From assembly GCA_030390025.1 (NCBI GenBank), contig CM059431.1:118422001-118486000 (forward strand): a stretch of 64,000 nt of DNA, given 5' to 3'. The translations under genes were made by a program, and so were the position numbers. Below the pieces are notes generated by a model. That model searched no databases and was not told where the DNA came from. It worked only from the letters and a program-made list of their open reading frames with translations. Positions within the stretch are counted from its first letter, which is position 1, and each line of letters opens with the position of its first letter. Positions 63,101 through 64,000 of this stretch are shown in pieces. This DNA is from Squalus acanthias (taxonomy: Eukaryota).

Positions 63101-63339
63101 TGATCACACCCAAATCACCGCTAGCCACTGTTTTAATGAGCTGACCCATGGACAAGCCCATTATACAATTCTAACACTGGAATATTGAGCCTCAATCAGT
63201 GTTGATGATCTGCGTTCTCAAAGAGCTCCATTAAGAGAAGCAAAAGTGTCAGAAAAGTGAAAGAAGTTATAGAGAGAGAAAACAGCCAGAATGAGAGCAA
63301 CAGTACAAAGGGGAGCAGGTTGTTTTTATTTGCATAGGT

Positions 63340-63502
63340 ATAGAAACATAGAAACATAGAAGATAGGAGCAGGAGTAGGCCATTCGGCCCCTTGAGCCTG
63401 CTCCGCCATTCGATGAGATCATGGCTGATCATCCAAACTCAGTACCCTATCCCTGCCTTCTCCCCATATCCCTTGATACCTTTAATAGAAACATAGAAGA
63501 TA
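63340..63502 (-). mobile_element. CR1/HER1 3' tail fragment(s)
   Basis: Near-identical to 50961-51105; a second short tail copy at 63486-63502. Confidence 0.85.
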
Positions 63503-63752
63503 ATCTAAGAGTTATATTTGCAGCAGCGAATATTACAGCATGAACAGTAAACCATTGCTGGAATCACCATACTGTATAATATACATTTTGTCCCACTCCA
63601 TAAAATAAAATCTTTCTGTTCTATGTATAGCCGCACGTGGAATATTGAAAATTTTATGGTACAAATCAGAAAACCATTTGAAAGGTATTTCTGAGTGGAT
63701 TTTATTCAGAAGTATCAGCCAATGTCAGCACTGACTGAAGTAGTAGCGTTCA

Positions 63753-64000
63753 GGGCTTGATTTTAACAGCCCTGAGGAGGCGGGTTTGGAGGCGTCTCAG
63801 CTGCTAAAATCGGAAAAAATGGCTTCAGAGAAACAACCCGCCTCCATCCCGCCCCCACACGATTTTCGTGAGTGTCTGTTCAGCTGCTCCCAAACTGACC
63901 CGACCCCAACTGGTGGGACAGGTAGTTAGGGCAGTTAAGAGCCTATTAACTGTCTTGATAATTCTATTTTAACAGAGGTTTCTCATTTTCGTGCCTCTGG
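63753..64000. mobile_element. Harbinger terminus, continues beyond the window
   Basis: TIR GGGCTTGATTTT followed by gaggaggcggg..cccgcctccatcccgcc as at 48299. Confidence 0.75.

Overview
Eukaryotic, repeat-dense DNA that looks like a cartilaginous-fish (shark) intron or intergenic region. The evidence is an HE1-type V-SINE, HER1/CR1 LINE tails and Deu-domain SINEs. No complete host gene, rRNA, true tRNA or CRISPR array is visible; there is one plausible host exon (38417-38539, +). Most of the window is nested transposable elements. These include four large PIF/Harbinger DNA transposons, each with a spliced three-exon Myb/SANT-like gene and a convergent DDE transposase (pseudogenised or deleted), plus many non-autonomous derivatives and MITEs. 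There is also a near full-length CR1 LINE with many fragments, four solo LTRs, L2 fragments, a hAT MITE, and Penelope-like (GIY-YIG) retroelement pieces. The most notable signals read directly from the sequence: (1) five copies of a minimal hammerhead ribozyme in Penelope pseudo-LTRs with compensatory stem changes, one pair forming a 316-bp inverted repeat, plus a sixth from another family; (2) a recurring ACAC-NNN-GTYT context at Harbinger insertion sites, with two elements at almost the same CR1 position; (3) one shared transposase-deletion junction in three non-autonomous Harbingers. Family names come from motif recognition, not database searches; boundaries of old elements are approximate.
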